DNA of 64,000 nucleotides, taken from the NCBI RefSeq assembly GCF_009914755.1, contig NC_060934.1; one strand, written 5' to 3'. Positions 60,017-64,000 of this stretch are shown in pieces. Positions within the stretch are counted from its first letter, which is position 1, and the number at the start of each line of letters is the position of its first letter. This stretch comes from the human T2T-CHM13v2.0 reference genome, Homo sapiens. The notes beneath the pieces were generated by a model that worked only from the letters and a program-made list of their open reading frames with translations, made no database searches and was not told the DNA's origin. Both the position numbers and the translations under genes were made by a program.

Positions 60017-60545
60017 TCTATCAGTTAGGATGCCTTAAGCTACAAATAAAAGAGAGCCCAGATAACCATTGCTCAAACAATAAATGGATGTGTTAGCTCC
60101 CATAACAGATGTCTAGTGGGAGGCCACTACAGAGTTGGCTAGTTTAGCAGATAAGACCAGCATCAAGATCCCTGGTCTCGTTCTATAGCATGTTTCTTTT
60201 GGAGATAATTTCACTCCTGGTCCCAAGATGGCTGGTGCAGTGTCATGTATCCTTTGTGGATATAACATCCAGCACACAAAAAACGCTCCGTCTCGAAAAA
60301 AAAAAATGCTGCTCCTTTTGCATGTATCTCTTTTAAATAGCAAAGAAACTTCCCCAAAAGTCTCCTGGCAGAATTCCCCTTATGTCACGATAACCAAAAC
60401 TGAGTCCCGATGTCCACCCTTAAATGAATAATTGTCAAGAAAACGGGACCATTATAGGCTTAGACCAATTCGAAGTTGTCTAATTTAGGAGTGGGTGGGA
60501 CAAAACTGGAGCTCTGCCAGCATGGCAAAAAAGAGCCATGGGTGT
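60017..60545 (-). mobile_element. Old MLT1 (K/L-like) LTR
   Basis: TCAGTTAGGATGCC...GGTCCCAAGATGGCTG...AAACTTCCCCAAAAG...CAGAATTCCCCTTATGTCAC...GGCTTAGACCAAT. Confidence 0.6.
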
Positions 60546-60729
60546 TGAATAGGCAACCTGTACCATCTGGTGAACCCTCCCCACTCTGACAACCTTCCCC
60601 AACACATGCACACATGCACACACACACACAGCTGCAGCAAGAAAGAGCCAAATGATGTGATAGACTAACCTAAAACTCTTTGTTACTAACAAAAGTGAAG
60701 GGGAATGTAGCATTTGTTGAGACAAGTTT

Positions 60730-60845
60730 TTACACTCATTTCATAGATGAAGAAACTGAGTCACACATTAGCCAGTGAATGGCAGAACTGGATTGGAATC
60801 CAGATTTGGTTGACTCCAAATATTACAATCTTTCCACCATGCCAA
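60730..60845 (-). mobile_element. MIR fragment
   Basis: CATTTCATAGATGAAGAAACTGAG...TGGCAGAACTGGATTGGAATCCAG. Confidence 0.7.
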
Positions 60846-61599
60846 ACTACCTTATGAATGAGCAACCAGAAGCGATGAACATATTTGCTTTGCACTAATG
60901 CTCTAGAAAGGGCAAATGCTCAGCTCCTAGACTCACTTGCCCTAGGCTCACTCTGAATCCCAGTAATAAAATGAGTCATCTTTAAGGTACAGGATAAAGA
61001 GCTTTGAGAGCCACATCCTGCTTTTGCACTTTCTTCTCTGGTTGCTATTTCAGAGTTTTCTTTTAACCACACCGTTTTTAATATATTCTCTGTCTTGCTA
61101 ATGATAGGAAACTTGCTGCTGCATGGTTCCATAAAACATTATCTCATTATCTCCTTTGCCTCTCACTGTAAAGTACTTTGTAGCATTGAAAGTGGCATAT
61201 GAAAAAAATTAATTTCATTAAATTAATGGAGAGTATCATGACTGCTCAGTTACGGCTCAGATGCATTTGTAGAGGGACTGTGTATGCATCAGAGCTTGTC
61301 CTTTATTTTGCCATTTTTCCTCCCACATGCACCCACCAATGTCCCTAGGAAGGAAGAAATAATTCTAAATGGCATGCTTTCAAGAAATATTGTTACCACT
61401 AACAACCTGGAAAATCCCAAATACAAAGCATGACTTTATATGGCCAATGAGAAAATTGCAGGGGCAATCCAGTTATCTTCACCATCTTCCTAAGAGATAC
61501 AAAAGTTACAGCTGAATACATCATGCTATAATTCACAGCAATCCATAAGATTGATCATGTCTCTCCAAGTGCACAGTGTTTCAGTTTATACAACAAAAT

Positions 61600-61710
61600 A
61601 TTTTATTTAAAAAAAAATTTGTAGAAATGGGATCTCGTTATGTTGCCCAGACTGGTCTTGAACTCCTAGCCTCAGCAAAGTCTCTTGCCTTGGCCTCCCA
61701 AAGAGCTGGA
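61600..61710 (-). mobile_element. FLAM / Alu left-monomer fragment
   Basis: GTAGAAATGGGATCTCGTTATGTTGCCCAGACTGGTCTTGAACTCCT...CCTTGGCCTCCCAAAG. Confidence 0.8.
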
Positions 61711-61891
61711 GAAAAAACAGTCTGGTCCCTCCAATCCTGGAGCACACTGTATCTGTACCACAGGTTACCCACCCAACTCGGGGGAAACTGAGGCTCAGCA
61801 AATTTAAAAAATTACCTCCCTCCAAAAAAAAAAAACTAGAATATCTTCTGAGAAATAAGCTTCTGCTCAGTGAGCTTAACATAGTCTAAGA

Positions 61892-62400
61892 CAGGGGCCC
61901 CAACACCCTGGGCCACAGACTGAGCTAGGAACCAGTCTACACAGCAGAAGGCTAGTGGCAGGTGAGTGAGCGAAGCTTCATCTGTATTTACAGCCACTCC
62001 CCATCACTCGCATTACCACCTGAGCTCCACCTCCTGTCAGATCAGCAACAGCATTAGATTCTCATAGGAGCATGAACCCTATTGTGAACTGCACATGTGA
62101 GGAATATAGGTTGTGTGCTCCTTATGAGACTCTAATGCCTGATGATCTGTCATTGTCTCCCATCAGCCCCAGATGGGACCGTCTAGTTGCAGGAAAATAA
62201 GCTCAGGGCTCCCACTGATTCTACATTATGATGAGTTATATAATTATTTCATCATTTTACTATATATTACAATATAATAATAATAGAAATAAAGTGCATA
62301 GTAAATGTAATGCACTTGAATCATCCTGAAACCATACCCCTTCCCTGCCCTGGTCCACAGAAAAATGATCTTCCGTGAAACCGGTCGCTGGGGGCCATTG
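61892..62400. mobile_element. MER1A hAT-Charlie element
   Basis: CAGGGGCCCCAACACCC...GCATTAGATTCTCATAGGAGC...CTAGTTGCAGGAAAATAAGCTCAGGGCTCCC, with 8-bp TSD GTCTAAGA/GTCTAGGA (61884-61891 / 62401-62408). Confidence 0.9.
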
Positions 62401-62629
62401 GTCTAGGACTTGTAACATCTACCTTGTTTTAGCTTCTATAAATGAAAGCAAGACTCCCACATTAAGTAATGCTGGTACCCCCATGAGGCCATCCTACATA
62501 TCTGCACTCTATTGTGGAACTCCTCCAGATGACCTCCCACTGGCTCATTCAGTTACTTCTTGGTCTCAACTGTCCCAGATCCTTTAATTCTCTGCTTTGG
62601 CTTTACAGCTCCACTCCAACTCAGGTCAA

Positions 62630-62850
62630 AGATTCACTGGTATGCATTAGACATTGTGCCTAGTGCTGTCTACATACAATGTCTAGTTCTCACAACAACT
62701 TATAAAACAGATGATGCAGTCTCAATTTTACAGAAGAAGAGACTGAGGCTCAGCAAATTAAGGAACTTATTCCCACGTCGGCTCACTCATAGGTGGCAGA
62801 ACAAGGATTTGAACCCATGTCTGTGCTTCCGGCATTCCATTATTCCACTT
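62630..62850 (-). mobile_element. MIR
   Basis: ATTTTACAGAAGAAGAGACTGAGGCTCAG...GGTGGCAGAACAAGGATTTGAACCCA. Confidence 0.75.
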
Positions 62851-63569
62851 AACTTTACTTCTTCACATGCAAAATGAGAAAAGTAATCCCCACTCTAACT
62901 GTCTCATAAGGTTGTTATGATTATCAAATGAGATTGTTGAATGTAAGGAATGCTGATAACTCATCTCTCCTATCGTCTGGGTTCTACCTGGTAGAGATCA
63001 ATATCTAAAGCTAAATGGAGATCAATGGATAGCTTTGCAAATCATCACCTGATAACTGGGGTCCCCTAGTAAAGAGGTGCTGCAGAATGTTGCTTGGACT
63101 GAAGGCCAAAATGGAACCTTCTTAATGAAGTTCCTCTCCAAATCTAGACTCAGTATCTGCCTTTAGTAGAGTCACCTCTGCCAGTACACCCTGAGTGCAT
63201 GTTGACGGTCAGATCAGCCTGCCTCTAAAACCCAGACCTCCACAGAATGAGGAACCAAGAAAATCAGAGATGGGCCTTTGTTCCATTTTCAATGCAGTAA
63301 CTACACACATGAGGGAAAACGTGCTTCAGTGGAAATTAAGTTATCTACAATCAACTGGATACTCACTTTCCCTCCAGGAAAACTAGTAAGAAATGGAGAA
63401 AACATCTCCTCCAGTATTTTCCCATCGTTTGGAGGGAAGAGGAACTGCCCTCCCACCACCCTGTCCTGCAATAGAATCATGAGGAGGGAAAAAAATCATA
63501 CTTCCCCACAATAAAGATTTTATCACAAAAGATGGAAAGTTCGGTACAAATAAAAGTTGTCAGTTTCAT

Positions 63570-63775
63570 ACCACTTTTTCATTACCGTTTCTATTGCACT
63601 CTACACTTTTATATTATATTGTCAGATAATTAGTTATTTTTGTATCTGACTCTTCTATCAGACTGAATTCCTTCATGAAAATCATTTTTAAATTTATCCT
63701 TAAATATCCATATCTGATAACATGTCTACTGCATAGTAGGCATGAAATAAATATTTGTTCAATTAATAAATAGAT
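63570..63775 (+). mobile_element. L2 3' end
   Basis: GCATAGTAGGCATGAAATAAATATTTGTTCAATTAAT. Confidence 0.6.
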
Positions 63776-64000
63776 TTAATTAGTGTATAAACACCAAGTC
63801 TCTATAGAACAGAAACTCTTACAATTACAAAGCATAGACATATTTATGCATCATTTTGCATTGTTTATCTTCGCTATTTACCTGTCTACTAACAGAGTGA
63901 ACTAGATCCATAACTGTTTCCTTAAATCAACTTATAATTCCCCATCAATGCAATAGGTTCATGTTTCACAAAATTAGACCTATAAATTTCCTACTCATTT

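Overview
Primate (human-like) non-coding genomic DNA, intronic or intergenic and dominated by interspersed repeats. I found no supportable protein-coding exon, RNA gene, CRISPR array or novel multi-gene system. All long recognisable ORFs come from LINE-1. Main elements: (1) a full-length ~6.0 kb L1PA2-like element (51403-57468, +) with an 11-bp TSD, dead ORF1/ORF2 and an open antisense ORF0; (2) a 5'-truncated L1PA (30367-33819, +) with a 15-bp TSD and a short candidate 3' transduction; (3) a truncated HSMAR2 mariner; (4) about eleven Alu/FLAM copies or fragments; (5) many MaLR/ERVL/ERV1 solo LTRs, hAT/Tigger fossils, MIRs and L2s. The most unusual signals are small mutational scars: a 65-bp THE1 segment apparently copied locally into another LTR, two perfect hairpins that look like template-switch products, a candidate micro-Alu with a TSD, an old 5'-inverted L1, and a deletion junction through an Alu and HSMAR2. 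Subfamily names come from recalled consensus sequences, not from a RepeatMasker/Dfam run, and boundaries of old repeats are approximate.
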